From: Eledone cirrhosa
Lineage: Eukaryota
Assembly: GCA_964016885.1 (NCBI GenBank)
Contig: OZ024747.1
Location: 16,306,001 to 16,370,000, forward strand
Direction: 5' to 3'
Length of the DNA stretch: 64,000 nt
This document shows positions 44,688 to 60,248 of the stretch, piece by piece (the stretch's first letter is position 1; the number at the start of each line of letters is the position of its first letter). Both the position numbers and the translations under genes were made by a program. The notes under the pieces were generated by a model. It searched no databases. It saw only the letters and a program-made list of their open reading frames with translations, and was not told the origin of the DNA.

Positions 44688-45425
44688 TATATACCCTATT
44701 GAGTGCTTAGCTGCACACCGAGACTCCATTCGTTAGCTTGGCCGCAACCTGAGCTTCGTTGATGCTGTACTAAATTGTGTATTATTATCTCCTAGAATTA
44801 ACGAGTAATTGATTAATTTAATTAGACAATTCTATTGATCGACTAATTGTATATGTTTGTTTGATAACTTCTAGTTGAGTGCTTAATTCGGTTTGTGTAA
44901 ATGAATTTCATTTCTTTGTTCCAAATTTGAATTGACCGCCAAAATCGGGGGTTACTTCCCTTTGGGAAAACCATGTGCTTGCTAGCAACGCTTACTCTAG
45001 CATTCACACCCGAGCGGACGAGAACGAAAAACTTGTTGGCGAGTAAACTTCATTGTTCTATCTTCAAAAACCATTAAATTGCAGACCCCTGCAAATGGAT
45101 TTTTTCGATTTCGGATTTACTGAAACCTAGCGGAGATATAGATTATATGTGATGTATATTATATGGTATATATTATGTGTTGTGTATGATGTCGACGTTA
45201 TGGTCCAGATTAGTCAAATGTTTTTTTCCTGAGTCCAGTATTTTTCGTAGCTATGTTCACTGCGGCCCGCCTATCTGTCGCTGTCTTCAATTTGCAAAGC
45301 TGTCTAAACGTAATATTATAACTCTAGGGTTGTATAGCCTATTGGGTGCTTAGCTGCACACCGAGACTGCATTCGTTAGCTTGGCTGCAACCAGAGCTTC
45401 GTTGATGCTGTACTAAATTTTGTAT
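44683..45425. mobile_element. Unclassified ~740-bp element with ~100-bp terminal direct repeats, in (TA)n
   Basis: 44683-44781 is repeated at 45326-45425 (period 643 bp). No ORF. Confidence 0.7.
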
Positions 45426-45439
45426 ATATATATATATAT

Positions 45440-45547
45440 GAGAGAGAGTATTAAAGTTTGCTTGAAGCATTGTCGAAAATGAAAAATAGACGTTTTGGAA
45501 GCTTCAACCATGCAGAAGGGTAAGTCGCCGGGTAATAAAATCAGGTG

Positions 45548-45548
<1 letters not shown>
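45440..45548 (-). mobile_element. Solo tail fragment related to family E
   Basis: gagagtattaaagtttgcttgaagcattgt...ttggaagcttcaaccatgcagaagggtaa matches the reverse complement of 22408-22522. Confidence 0.7.
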
Positions 45549-45592
<44 letters not shown>

Positions 45593-45767
45593 AATTATAT
45601 ATATGTATTATATATATATGTGTTATATATATATATGTAATATATATATATAGAAATTACATAGTAATTACGTAGTAATAAATTACTGTCTTTCACTATT
45701 TAGGGTTTAAAATATATATAACTATAAGAGGTTTTAGTATATACATAACCATAAATAGTATCCTTAA

Positions 45768-45805
<38 letters not shown>

Positions 45806-48787
45806 AATTATATATATATATATATGTGTGTGTGTATTTATATAAATTTCTGGTTTGCAATTATCAGAATTTGTAGGAATCACAAACGCAGGAAGTCAGT
45901 GTATCCGCAGGCGATTGCTATGAACAAGAGCTTAGAAAATAAAAATAAAAACAATCAACTGAAAAAATAGCCAACAAATGCTATGTAGAATGAAATTTGT
46001 TTCTGTTAAATCAAACTGCCTTATGTGCTGTATTGAAAGTATTCATCGTTGAAGTCAGACAATGTTTCCTTTTTTTTCTTCTCAATGTTTCTATTTTGTT
46101 CTATCGTGGCTATTTAGAAATGTGGTTTCTATGCGTTGTAATAATAATAAACACACACCTGTTTCAAACGTTAACATTCAAAACAACATATCCTAGCTAA
46201 AGAGATATCTGATGCTATTTATTCACAAATATTTATAATTTCAATAGATCTATTTCGGCTTTTATGTTGCTTGTTTTAATTTACGTTCAATTGAAGTTAT
46301 TATTTTCAATTTTCCATTCTCAAATTGGAAGGTTTTGTGAACATAATAAATATATGCTAGTTAAAAGTTTCATTTCTCCAAGACAATCAAATCACCACAC
46401 ATAACAGTATAAATCACAACTTTCTCTTAAGAAAGTATGTGTGTATGCTATAGTAGATCGTGTGTCATCACGTAGGAAATACGAGACTATATTGAATATC
46501 ACACATATAATAAGTTTTCTAAATAATATCACACATATAATAAGTGTTCTAAAATCAAAATATTATTCAACGAATATATTATGAGTACAGCTACATTTAT
46601 AGATTTAAGATACCTTGATTACCTTTTGTATATTCACACATGAATCATTTACTAAACCATTGTCAATGAGAATCTTAATTAAGAAATTCATCTTGTTGAT
46701 GACTTTACCATCTCTAACATTCATGCCACAAGTATGTGTCTGTTATCTATAAACCATTGCACCTTAGGAAAATCAGTACGGAACTAGTGTATATATGTAT
46801 GGTAGTTATATCAACAGTTTCACTCACTTCTCAAGCGGGTAAAATATCACTGTCACTGTTAATGAAGACATAATGATTCTTTCTTTTTTGTCTGAATTAA
46901 TGTATTCAGGACATGATTTTAAGATGAATATTTCTTTCTTAATGCAATATGGTCTGGATTATAACATATGTAACTCTAAATTCTGCCAGATAAGTAACCA
47001 CATTTATGGATGTAACATTGCTTGATAACAAGTAGTAGAATTGAATTAAATAATTGGAGTCTAATCCTAACTGTAAGTCAGTTCTATTGAAGTACTGTCA
47101 CATTTACATGCTAATGCGTCTTTCGTTTGAAGAGATAATTGTAAACCATCGCACGCAAGTAATAAATGATTAGAGATAGTGGGTCAGTATACTATATGGT
47201 AGAGGCAATTACACTAGCGCAACAATTACTTGGTATAAACATCTAAGATTGGCAATACCAACTTTAGGCTGACAAACACCAGAGAAACATGCATCTTATT
47301 AAGGATTTGGTGAATAGAAGGGTAGCGCCGCTAAAGGGACTTTGATATTTTACTGCATTATTCACAAGCAATGGACACATATTTTATACACTATTCAGGA
47401 ATCAGTCTATTTATTTTAATGTTTTGTTTTACGCTATTCACATACTGAATATTTCGGTTTTCCATAACCTAAAATCAGCAAACGTTTGTATTCTAACTCA
47501 TTACAAATAGGCAGCCATAAATGTAATGAATAATAGTATGAGTGCTTGTGAAATGCATATACCTAATACATATGGAAGCGTAACTCAAATCAACTCGGAG
47601 AAAAATGCACCCCTTTCCCAAAACCTTACCGTGTAATATATTGTTCCTAATTTCTACTCCGTATTTACTTTTAACCATGTTTGCTTCGTCGTTCTAGCAT
47701 GCAAGTCTCTTTTGCATCAACGCTAATCATGTTTCTCTTATATGTATAGCATAAATGATATAGCTACTCTTTCCAGTGCAATCATCATCGATGAAGTATT
47801 TTCCTATCCATAATTGGTTGGATACCGTCCTTGAAGAGCAGTCAGACCACTAATTTTGTAACATGTGCATCTTTTGAGAACTGCTCTCAGTACAACATTA
47901 TAAGCCTTGTATCCAATTACTGACATATTGTGTCATTTCATATTCTGATATAAAATATAAAAGGAGAAAAAAGGAAGTTGAATGACGCTATATGGAAAGG
48001 ACTACATAATATATACATGTATATATTATCGAATTCAACAGAATACTATAATTTTGTTCTGAAAACTTCAGCAGCATTCAGTATAAGCCTATTCTAGACA
48101 TACCGTGATACTGTCTACTACTGTAGTTCGTTTAGCGACAATGTAATAAATGGTGTTTTTTAGCTAATACATCTAACTCACACACGCATGATATTCATAA
48201 CACACAGTTGATATAAATACAGATTTAACTACTGAATCTTGTCAAATGTTAATATTGCAATTGTTTAGAATCAAATACACTAATCAGTACGTTGATTCCC
48301 TTGGGCATAACCATTCCTTCATTGAGTAGAGCTACATGCGGAATCTAAATATTACAGAATACTAGGAGAACAAGTGATTTAAATATTTGTATTTGCAGGA
48401 GAGTCTATAGCCTCCCAACTATATGAGAAAAATAAAATAGTATCTATTGAATGGAATTATAGAAGCCATGAAAGTACAGGCGAACTTCAACATGATTCAC
48501 CACTCTACCAATAAGTTAATTCTTTTCTAATCGGGAAGATTTTGTAAATTCACTTAAATAATTAGTTGTTGTTCTATTTCACAGTGAAGATGTCTAGTAT
48601 TAGACATTCTAATGTTAAATGTTATATATGCGCACACCCATAAACACTCGCACACAAATTCAGCTACACACATACGAAATCATAGAAACACACACGCACA
48701 CATACTCCATCACACGCATATGGATATGTGTGTGCGTACATAGAGACACATTAACGAACATTAAACAAATACACCTGGTCGTACACA

Positions 48788-48833
<46 letters not shown>

Positions 48834-49302
48834 TGTGCCCGTTTTGTGTGGGTGTATATGCATGCCTTTCTTTCGAGTAACTAACTAAATTCGTGTGTGC
48901 TAGGTAGATAATAGAATTATACTAACTACACATTGTTCCAGTTTAAACTCATTTTCGGCAGATATATTACATCAATCCTGCGTACCTTTATTTGTTATTA
49001 TTAAGCCACTATTTCTAAAGGATAATACGGGAAATCGAACAATAATAATTAGTTTTATGTAAAACAAAGTTTTCACCATATATGCATCTATTTCGAAATT
49101 TTAAAATCTTATGTAAAGATACGCTATTTTAAGATATACAAAATCCATATATTTTTTTCTTTTAAATCGATATGAACATATGTGTATATATGTGAGCTGA
49201 AGCACACACACACATGCACATATGCACACCACACACACTGAAACTAACGAAAACATACAAACAGACAGAGAGACAGAGAAGCACGTCCATACGCACACAC
49301 AA

Positions 49303-49406
<104 letters not shown>

Positions 49407-49526
49407 CATTGGAACCACCGAAACATTTATCAATATTTCTATTCAACATAGATATTTTTTAGCCGCTTTTTTATAATGTTTTGTCACTTAAACACCTACT
49501 TTCGAAATGTTGCATAGACACACACA

Positions 49527-49679
<153 letters not shown>

Positions 49680-49803
49680 CCATACACACACAATCACACA
49701 CAGGCTATTCAATTAACATACCTCCAATAAACATACGCACACAGAAAAATAGTCTGACAGACACCGGATATCTTATAAAATATAGCTTCATTATTAAACA
49801 ACC

Positions 49804-49990
49804 GATCGGTGGATTGGCAGTATCGCTAGAGAGTCGGACGCCATGCTTTCCAGCATAGTTATGTCCCTTTACGGTCTGAGTTCAAATCCCGCCGAGGTTC
49901 ACTTTGCTTTCATCCTTACGGGGTCGATAAAATGAAGTACCAGTAATGTACTGTGTATTGCTGGCCTTGTGCCAAAAGTAAAAACAATTA
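49804..49990 (+). mobile_element. tRNA-derived SINE copy
   Basis: Full-length match; attattaaaca(a/g)cc TSD-like flanks. Confidence 0.92.
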
Positions 49991-50340
49991 TTAAACAGCC
50001 GGTCATTTCTTATTTTTATCCTTATATCCCAAATACCCAGCCTTCCTTCAATTATAACTCACGCGTGAAATGAAGCCTGTATTGTAGCATAATCCCTACA
50101 AACACTGCAGAAACCACAATACGGAATCTTTAAGCTTTGAAAACAGAAATAATTTAATTTAAAATACTAAAGCATTCGTGTTTTCTGAATCGTTGTGTCT
50201 GCTTTGTTTTGCAATTTCTTCCATTTCCAGAATGACTGTTTATAAACATATATTTTACTACTATTAGAATATATTCTTTTATTATCTATCCTGAATCCTA
50301 CTAATTCCTTCTCCAGAGTAATATGTTTCTCAAATTTCTG

Positions 50341-50393
<53 letters not shown>

Positions 50394-50633
50394 TGTTGCT
50401 TGCTGTTTTTCCAAGCTTCGGTTTGCTTTTCCTTCTTGTTGTTTACTTGTCTCACTAGCTTTACGCGTTTCACTTGTCCCAATAGCTTATTTCAGTTATT
50501 GCTCGCACCAACCTGAGGTATCTGGTTTTTAATGCGATGAAATACCAATGATGGTTGGCAAATCACTGATGAGGGACTAATTTTATATGTAATCCATGTG
50601 CAACCACGCAGTATTCCTCTCCCCTTGTTTTTC

Positions 50634-50665
<32 letters not shown>

Positions 50666-51076
50666 CTGTGTGTGTGTGCGTGTATATATATATATATTCC
50701 TTCCATGTTGAAGGTACGTTTGCCTGACACAGTTAATTCTAATCTTACTTTCCTCAATGCTACCGCTGCAACTGAACGAATTATGTAAGACGGGATGATT
50801 GATGACGCAGACAGAAATTCTCGAAAGCTGATGCTGTGTTTATTTAGTATTTGGAAGAGCTGATTGTTTGCATGAATCTGAAGCAGGTGTTTATGTCGAT
50901 CCAGAATTTACAATATTCTTATTCTTCAGTTCTTTTATTCATTTATTTATTTAATCATTTGTCCTGCCAGGATTTTAATCCTGTGTGTTCTGTTGTAATA
51001 TCAACTTTTTATGTCAATGTTATCAGGTGCATGTTTGGTGTACAACTTTCTGATTATTAATAATATTATTATTATT

Positions 51077-51112
<36 letters not shown>

Positions 51113-51279
51113 CAGCAGCAGCAGCAGCAGCCAAAGCAGCAGCATCAAACTGAAAACATTTTAATCGTGTCTGCAGTAGACAAGGAAGAAGAGGAAGAGG
51201 TGGGAAAAGAAGAAGACGAAAAACAAGAATACCAAAACTCAGAGGATGAACAACAACAATAATAACAAAACAACAGAAA

Positions 51280-51466
51280 TAATTGTTTCTACGTTTCGGC
51301 ACAAAGCCAGCAATTGCCCAGTGCATTACTGGTACTTTCTTTTATCGACCCCGTAAGGATGAAAGGCAAAGTTAACCTCGGCGGGATTTGAACTCAGAAT
51401 GGTAAGAGCCGTAACTCTATGCGTCAACGCATAGCGTCCGACCCTCTACCGATACTGCCAATCCAC
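51280..51466 (-). mobile_element. tRNA-derived SINE copy
   Basis: Near full-length reverse-complement match. Confidence 0.92.
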
Positions 51467-52201
51467 AATGACAGCAAAAAAGATTTAATAATAACGAAAC
51501 AAGAAAAAAGGAATTGAGTGTGATGAGGTGTAGTAGCAATAGGAAGGAGATGTAAAGTAATTAGGATGATATGAAAGGTTTATTTTATTTAATGTTTACG
51601 ATATATAATTTCCTTACATAACGAGTGTAACAGACATTTAATTCAATAATACCTAATAATGTCCTAAATTTGTCTATCACCCTCCAAAGTATAATGGGGA
51701 TACAATAAAATATATATGTTTTTGTATCTCAAAATATCAGACATCCATATATCAATAACAATATATTTGCGAATTCAACTTACAAAGGAGTACTAAAAAT
51801 AATCTAGGCAATTATTTTGGCATCATAATTTCATTGGTTCCTATATGTTGTAAAAACAGATATATTTAATACATCTCTTTAATGTTTTTTAAGAGGGCAA
51901 TATCGGAAAGAATACAAGACATTATTTCAAATGGTCCTATTTAACTTGAAATATAAGATATACGGAAAAAATAAAAGTTGCAATGATATATTTTAAAAAT
52001 ATATATAAATTCATAAATATATTCAGACACACACATGCGTAAATTTATATATATAAATATATATATATATATATAAATATATGTGTATATATATATATAT
52101 ATACGCATATATATATATGTTTATATATATATACGCATATATGTATTTCCATATATATGTATAAATGTATATATATATATATGTATATATATATATGTAT
52201 A

Positions 52202-52246
<45 letters not shown>

Positions 52247-52966
52247 ATAATAATAAATTTGAAGACCTTTTTAGGGTGAAAGCAGCGATTTTTTGCTTAA
52301 AATTTAATCTGTTATTTTAATAAATATTTGCTCTACGGGTCTTTTATATTTGATATATATTTATCCTTATCGAGCCCTCTTTGGATTTTAGTCATCTAAA
52401 TTTATTATTATTACTATATATATCTATATATCTATATATATATATATATACATATATATCATATATACATCAATTTAAAACAGAGCCTATATATATATTT
52501 GAGCATTCATTTAAACACAGTTTGTTTAATTCTACGCCAGCGTGTTCATTAGAAGGCTCTGTTTTGAATCGACTGAAATTTTGCAAAAGGTCATGTGTCC
52601 CGACAAATTTGAAACGACTACATTTAGTGATTGCATGCACTGGATTCATGTGTACTTATTATATATATACATATTTATATGTACATATATATATATGTTA
52701 AAATAACATTAACATTTAAGCAAAGAATCGCTTATTTGCTCTAGGGTTCTTATATATTTGATATATATTCATCTTTATCCAGCCCTCTTTGTATTTTAGT
52801 CTTCACATTTGTTATTATTACTATTATATATATCTGTTGACATGCCAACACAAGAGCAAGAATGAACGGTTCATTCTACTGACATGGCTATAAAATTGAG
52901 GGTTGTTTGCATAATTGCAAACGAATCGAATGTTATTATTAATATTGGAAAACTCAGATTACATGT

Positions 52967-53146
<180 letters not shown>

Positions 53147-54585
53147 TACGAGTCTCTGTTTCTGTGTCTTTGTGAGTGTGTATAAACACCGTAATATTTA
53201 AACATTCCTAGTTCGTTCACATGTTTTTTCTCAATTATCTACTATTTTTGGTAAATTATTTTTATTGCAATAGATTTGGGATGTAGTCTAAATCTATTAT
53301 TTCTCTCTGTGCTATTTCATTTGCTTTCCTATTTTAATACTATTTTATGACATAGTATCCAATTCATTGATATTTGTTTCTATTTCTTCGCATATCACCC
53401 TCAAAGTCATTGTCTTGATTGAAAGAGTTCTATGTTCGATATAGTATCAGTAAATAAGAATAGTTTTACCCAAAGGAATTCTATATAACTGAATACATGG
53501 CTGATATATTTCCCCACCATTTTGCGTCAAATATTATGAAATACCGATGTAATCTGAAGATGATTTTCGAAATAGCAAGTAGTTCCACATCCTATACCCT
53601 TTTTTCTATATGCTCAATCTGTGTAACTGTCGCTGTTAAAAACGAATTGGATGAGTGATAATATTATGCATTTATTGTACTTCCTATTTTGTGATTTTAC
53701 TCGTTGTTCTTAAGGATTTTAATAGATCTCTCGATGGATCCATCCAAGTATCATGGTCTATTATTTTTGCCATTTAATCTGAGCAAATAACAAATATTGA
53801 GAAGGGATTAATTCTGCTACATGATAAATAAATATTTGGGTGGTAGTTCATAGAAATCCCACTAGAGTTTTGTCATTTTGAATAGGAAATATATGGATTG
53901 TTTGAAAGAAAGTCGTGCTTGTGTTCGCCCAAAACACAAATGCCATATATAACTTGAACGTTAATGACGCGGGTATTATACAACGCCATGTCTTTAGCCC
54001 TATATATAAAATATGCTCACTTTGTATTTTGCCAAATTTAGAGATTTATTCTGATTTAATCATTGTGGATGCAAAAAAGAGAACGTTGGTACGTTTGCAC
54101 ATCAAGAACAGATATTCGGATCACACACCACAAAAGGTTATATATTATATTGTTGTATTGAGTATATATCTTGCTTGTTTCTTTCTTTTGTTAAGTTCAA
54201 AAACCAAGGGTTTGAATTTTCAAAAATGCTATCGCTATTTCATATTCTCATCTAGGGTCAATACGCACTCTGCACATTTTAATTTTAAATTAACATCCAG
54301 TCATCTGAATTTGTTTCGTTTTATATACCAATTTTGCCATTGGATGCTTGTATAATAGTTATTTACATAGGGTCAATGATACAAAGGAGACAGCCTTCAC
54401 AATTTCGTCAGCTTCTATTGATCTGCTGCTGTACAAAATGTAAACTAAACGTTTGCAAATGTGGAAGATCATGTATTATTTACAATTGTGGAAGAATAGG
54501 TAAAGTGTGTGAGTACAGGTCTTCTTCACTTACTAGAATAAATAAGAGTTACTGATAAAACCAAGAATGCATATATATATATATG

Positions 54586-55357
<772 letters not shown>

Positions 55358-55955
55358 CTACACTCTCGCTTCATATCTTTTCAATCGAATTGAGACATCT
55401 ACAATGCATCAGAAAAATCCACTAATAACAATCTACGTTATTATACCTCTACCATTTCCAGGGAAACATTAAATGGCTCAATGATAACAAAGGTATGATT
55501 AGCGCAAATATCCTCATTAGACCTATACACTTTGATACGATATTTCATACATTTATAAACATGTGTGAGTCTGGGTAGGGTATATTTACTACATAATTAT
55601 GCGTATTACCGTATGGATAGGCAGAGGTGTCGAAAAACATTAATTATTGTGCTCGGACAGAATCTATCTAACATGTCACGTTTCTCACCCCCATCGACAA
55701 CTAAAAGAAATCTTTGACTGACTGAACATAAACAATTTCTAACATGCACAACCTAACCCATTAAAATAAAGAAGTCCATGACAGAAAGCGGAATGGACAC
55801 CTACAATTTTGATATATGTACCCCCTCCGCTTTTGTGGTATTTTTTCATGGTTGTAAGAGGCTTAGCTCTGTTTCTTGACCGCTGTATCACGTTATTGAC
55901 TCCCCCTCCGCCTTTTGGGATTCTACGGATGGGTTTGCAAACTCTTATTGAGGTA

Positions 55956-56030
55956 TCCTCTTGATAAGTCGGCAAACGTCACAAAAATACTATATCTCTG
56001 TGATATGCCACGAAACTACGTAGTCGAGGA
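55956..56030 (+). ncRNA. Type-I hammerhead motif with U3-A8 variant core, inside a probable PLE-like 3' fragment (~55700-56098)
   Basis: TCCTC-TTGATAA-gt(c)ggca...tgccac-GAAA-ctacgtag-TC-GAGGA: 5-bp stem I, palindromic stem III (actacgtagt), GUC triplet. Confidence 0.75.
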
Positions 56031-56100
56031 GTAATATAGGAATTTGGGTATGGTATATCTTATTAATTATATCTAATGTTGCTTCTTTCTTTATAATGTA

Positions 56101-56149
<49 letters not shown>

Positions 56150-56774
56150 ATTGCGCCTTGTCTTGTGCCCAACTTCCCCAGTACTAAAAACAGTTTGATC
56201 AGGGTTAATTAAAGATACACAACATCAATATGAGAGCATATTTTGCAAAATAAAAACAGGTCTCTCTACTCTTAATCATATTTGCATGATATGGTATAGC
56301 ATAGGCACATATGAACATATCTTACCAGTCTTTTTGCATTTTGTGTAAGCAATCCAGTTTAGTTGTAGCAGCTAATTCCCAGGTAAAGAGTGCATAGTGT
56401 AAAATAAGAAATGATACAACATGTTCTGTTAGTATAATGCAATGAATTATTGTTAATATGATTACTTTGCAACAATACATCAAACAAATTCAATGGAAAT
56501 AACGCATAGAAAGAAACCAAGTGAGCTGAGGCATGCCTTTAATACGGTTAGCAAACAATGAGAATATAATATGGAAATAAATAGTGTTAGTTAGATATTA
56601 AAATATGCTTTGAAAGTGTCTAAGTTAAGGGAATACAAAGACTTAAAAGATATCAATTAGATTAAATCAATTTTAGATGGTACCTCACGAATTGTTTACA
56701 TCAATTTCTATATATTGTCATTGTATATCTATCAAATCATACTAAAAAACACCACTCAGAGACGCCTCATATAT

Positions 56775-56856
<82 letters not shown>

Positions 56857-56925
56857 AAAAAGCGATGAAATCGAAAATGCAACTGGAGTCTTATTTAAAA
56901 AAAATATATATATATTTATTTGGTT

Positions 56926-56962
56926 CCTTTACCGGTTTCGCAGTTCTTCTGCTTTTCAAAAG
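56926..56962 (-). ncRNA. Minimal hammerhead motif with U3-A8 variant core, inside a short PLE-like fragment (56854-57000) in (TA)n
   Basis: On the minus strand: ctt-TTGAAAA-GCAG-aagaa-CTGC-GAAA-ccgg-TA-aag, with palindromic accggt stem III. Confidence 0.7.
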
Positions 56963-57050
56963 TAGTGTTGAGATGGAGGGTCTGTGGTTTTTGTCACATC
57001 TATATATATATACACAAAGTATATATATATATATACAATATATATATATA

Positions 57051-57418
57051 TACAAAGTATTAAAAGGATCACATTTTAGTTTAGAACATTTATTAGCTGA
57101 CAATTGTTTTTGCTTGTGATTGTGTTATTTCAAGCGGAACATCTTTTTAAACTCTGAATCTCCACATGATGCCTTTGACACTAATAACAACTATGTACCC
57201 TAAATGTTCTAAATGACTAGGATTCTAGTTACACCTTTTCGACATTCCGTATGCTCTGGAAGAAACAATTGTCAGCTAATAAATGTTCTAAACTAAAATT
57301 TGATCGTTTTAACACTTTGTATCTCGGCTCTGTAAAACACTTGAAAATGTTGCATTGACCTTTTTGTCATACCTGTAACCGGCTAGTACTTAGTACTACC
57401 CTACATATTTATAGTTAT
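57051..57418. mobile_element. Fold-back element family G: ~58-bp inverted arms, ~150-bp spacer, ~95-nt tail
   Basis: 57052-57109 is inverted at 57263-57320. The right arm begins GAAACAATTGTC (hammerhead stem III/GUC-like). Confidence 0.65.
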
Positions 57419-57719
57419 ATCAAACATATATAAATATAAATATAAATATTACTATATATATATTTTCTTTCTCTGTGTGTGTATATATGGTCGTGCGTGT
57501 TTGAGTGTATAAAATTACGTACAATAGTAAAAGACCAAAACAAAATGAGACCAAATTTAAATGATTCTGTAAGATGAAATATGCTGAAAGTAACCATACG
57601 TTACATAATCGCAGGAAAGAGAAACATATAGGTTTAAACGCCAACAAAACGAACACATACGGTCATATAAAATATATAAAGTATTCAGGTAAATATGAAA
57701 TTTTTTATTGGTAGTTTCA

Positions 57720-58395
57720 TGTTGTTGCACTTATTATTATCATTATTGACGACTGGTTTGCGAAGGCTGTTATTATTTTAACTTGTTTGAAGTGTGATTG
57801 ATTGAAATATGTTTGTTACAAACTTTTAATAATGCGCCATACATTGTCCACAGAAACGTTGACCCTACAATATTTGGAATTGTTGCCTAAATATTTGAAC
57901 TTTATTTTCATTTTTACGCCTATAATTTTTAGAATGTGGAGGCGATACGCCCCTCTCCCGTCAAGCAGCCATATGAGAGCGAGTCACATCCGTGTAAACA
58001 TGTTGACAATAGCGTCACCACAACCACCACTATCACCAACAACATTGAATACACCACTACAATCGCTAGCACCAACAACTACTACAATAACAGTAAAGCT
58101 AACACAAACAGCGATGACAAAATTGAAATTATAAAAATATATGAAAATGAAAATCCCGAATTACAGGAATCCAGAACCGCCACCAGCTCCATCATGTCCA
58201 GAGAATCAAGAAAAAATCCAAACATAATAAAAAATAGCAACAACACAAATACCACCTCCATCACCAACACCCCTTCCACAACAACAACAACACCAACAAA
58301 CAAAAGACACTGTCACAAATAAGAATTTGGATATCAAGAACAGTTTCAACAATTACAGAAGCAGCAACAACACCAGAAATAACGATAAGAGTAAA
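57720..58395 (+). mobile_element. Possible 5' / ORF1-like relic of an L1/Tx1 family
   Basis: T/N-rich frames and weak 5' similarity to 340-1900; mostly compositional evidence. Confidence 0.3.
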
Positions 58396-58397
58396 CA

Positions 58398-58616
58398 TAA
58401 TGGTTTCCATTATAGTCCCAATGCCAGCAATTTGGGGGAGGGGAAAATCCATTAAATTGATCCCTGTGCGTGAACGGTGCTTTATTTTATGGACCCCGTA
58501 AGGACGAAAGGCAAAGTTAACTTCCGCGGGATTTGAACTCAGATCATAAAGGGCCGCAACTCTATGCTGCAAAGCATGGTGTTCGACGCTCTACCGATAC
58601 TGCCAATCCACCGCCC
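58398..58616 (-). mobile_element. SINE copy, longer and older variant
   Basis: Same head and core, with ~30 extra nt before the tail. Confidence 0.85.
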
Positions 58617-58744
58617 TAGTAAAAATAAAAATAATAACACCAGAAACAACATACACACAACTGTAATAGCCTCGAAATCAACAATTATTTCGCAGGGTCA
58701 AGGAATAAAATATATTGATTGATAACGAAATAACTCCAAGTACC

Positions 58745-58794
<50 letters not shown>

Positions 58795-60010
58795 GCTACT
58801 AAAGTTACTGCTGCTGCTACTACAACTACTATACTACTACTACTACTACTATTACTACTACTACTACTACTACTACTACTGAAGTTACTGCTGCTGCTGC
58901 TGCTACTACAACTACTGTACTATTACTACTACTATTTTTCTTATTATTATAAAGAAAGAAAGTAAGGAAAGAAGAAATAAAGAAAGATAGAGAAGGAAAG
59001 AATTAAAGACTAAAGAAAGAAAAAATGGAAAAAATAATGGAAAAAGTAAAAGTAATTCACGATAAAATTTCTTCGGGTTATATGATTCTATATCAAATTT
59101 GTTCGGGTTTTACATATGATTCTATATCGACTACGGAAATGTAATCTAATACAAACATACTTTAATTTTAAGAAACGAAACAAAGAATTACCTAAAATTG
59201 CAGAACATACATAAGATATATTGCTTTAAAACGGTAGATAATGTTTCCTTCGTTTCTAATGGATTTTCATTAGTTACTTCGTTTCTCCTTTGAAATTATG
59301 ATTATTGTTAAATATATATATATATAAAATCAAATATAAAATCGTAAATAGGAACTAAGTCATAAACATTATTGTGTTCATTGATAGTTTTGATTTAGCC
59401 AAAAACTCGTTTGAAAGGAAATAATAAACTAAATAATTGAATAAAAGAAACTGAAATAATGAATTATTTGTCTTTATATAAAAAAAAAATTTGAATGAAA
59501 AATATATTCAATGGTCTATTGATTGCATATTTGCCAAAACTAGAGTCTTTCTGGAATCTGAAGTCCTTCAAATTGATAATTTCATTTGTTAAGAACATTG
59601 TGGCAATTATTGATTTTGTAATCTTATTTGTCGCAAACAGTTTATTTAAATATAGCTTTTAGCTAGTTTATGAAGCAAATCTTTAACATTTCTTATCAGT
59701 CCTTATAGAAAAATATAGCTAAACTCATTTCACCGTGTATACATATATATGTATGGATAGATGTACAAATGTATCCGTACATAGGTGAATACATGTGTAT
59801 ATGAATATATATATGTATGATTTTGAATGTCTTTCTGTCTATCTATATACGTATTCATCTATTAATGCATATATTCACGAATAAACACAAACATAAATGC
59901 ACACACATGCACACGCTTATATATATATATATACATATATATGTGTGTGGGGGGGTGTGCGTACGTGTGCGCGCGTGTGTATAAATATATATATATATAT
60001 ACACACAGAC

Positions 60011-60099
<89 letters not shown>

Positions 60100-60144
60100 C
60101 ATATATATATATACATATATATATATATACATATATATATATAC

Positions 60145-60248
<104 letters not shown>

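Noticed and set aside
50560-50635. CTGATGAG next to (TA)n; similar CTGAAGA at ~21220 (-) and CTGATGA at ~28940
   Set aside because: No properly placed stem II or GAAA; at best decayed relics.
53300-54555. ORF 53915-54355 and neighbouring unique DNA
   Set aside because: No recognisable domain, and composition matches AT-rich background.
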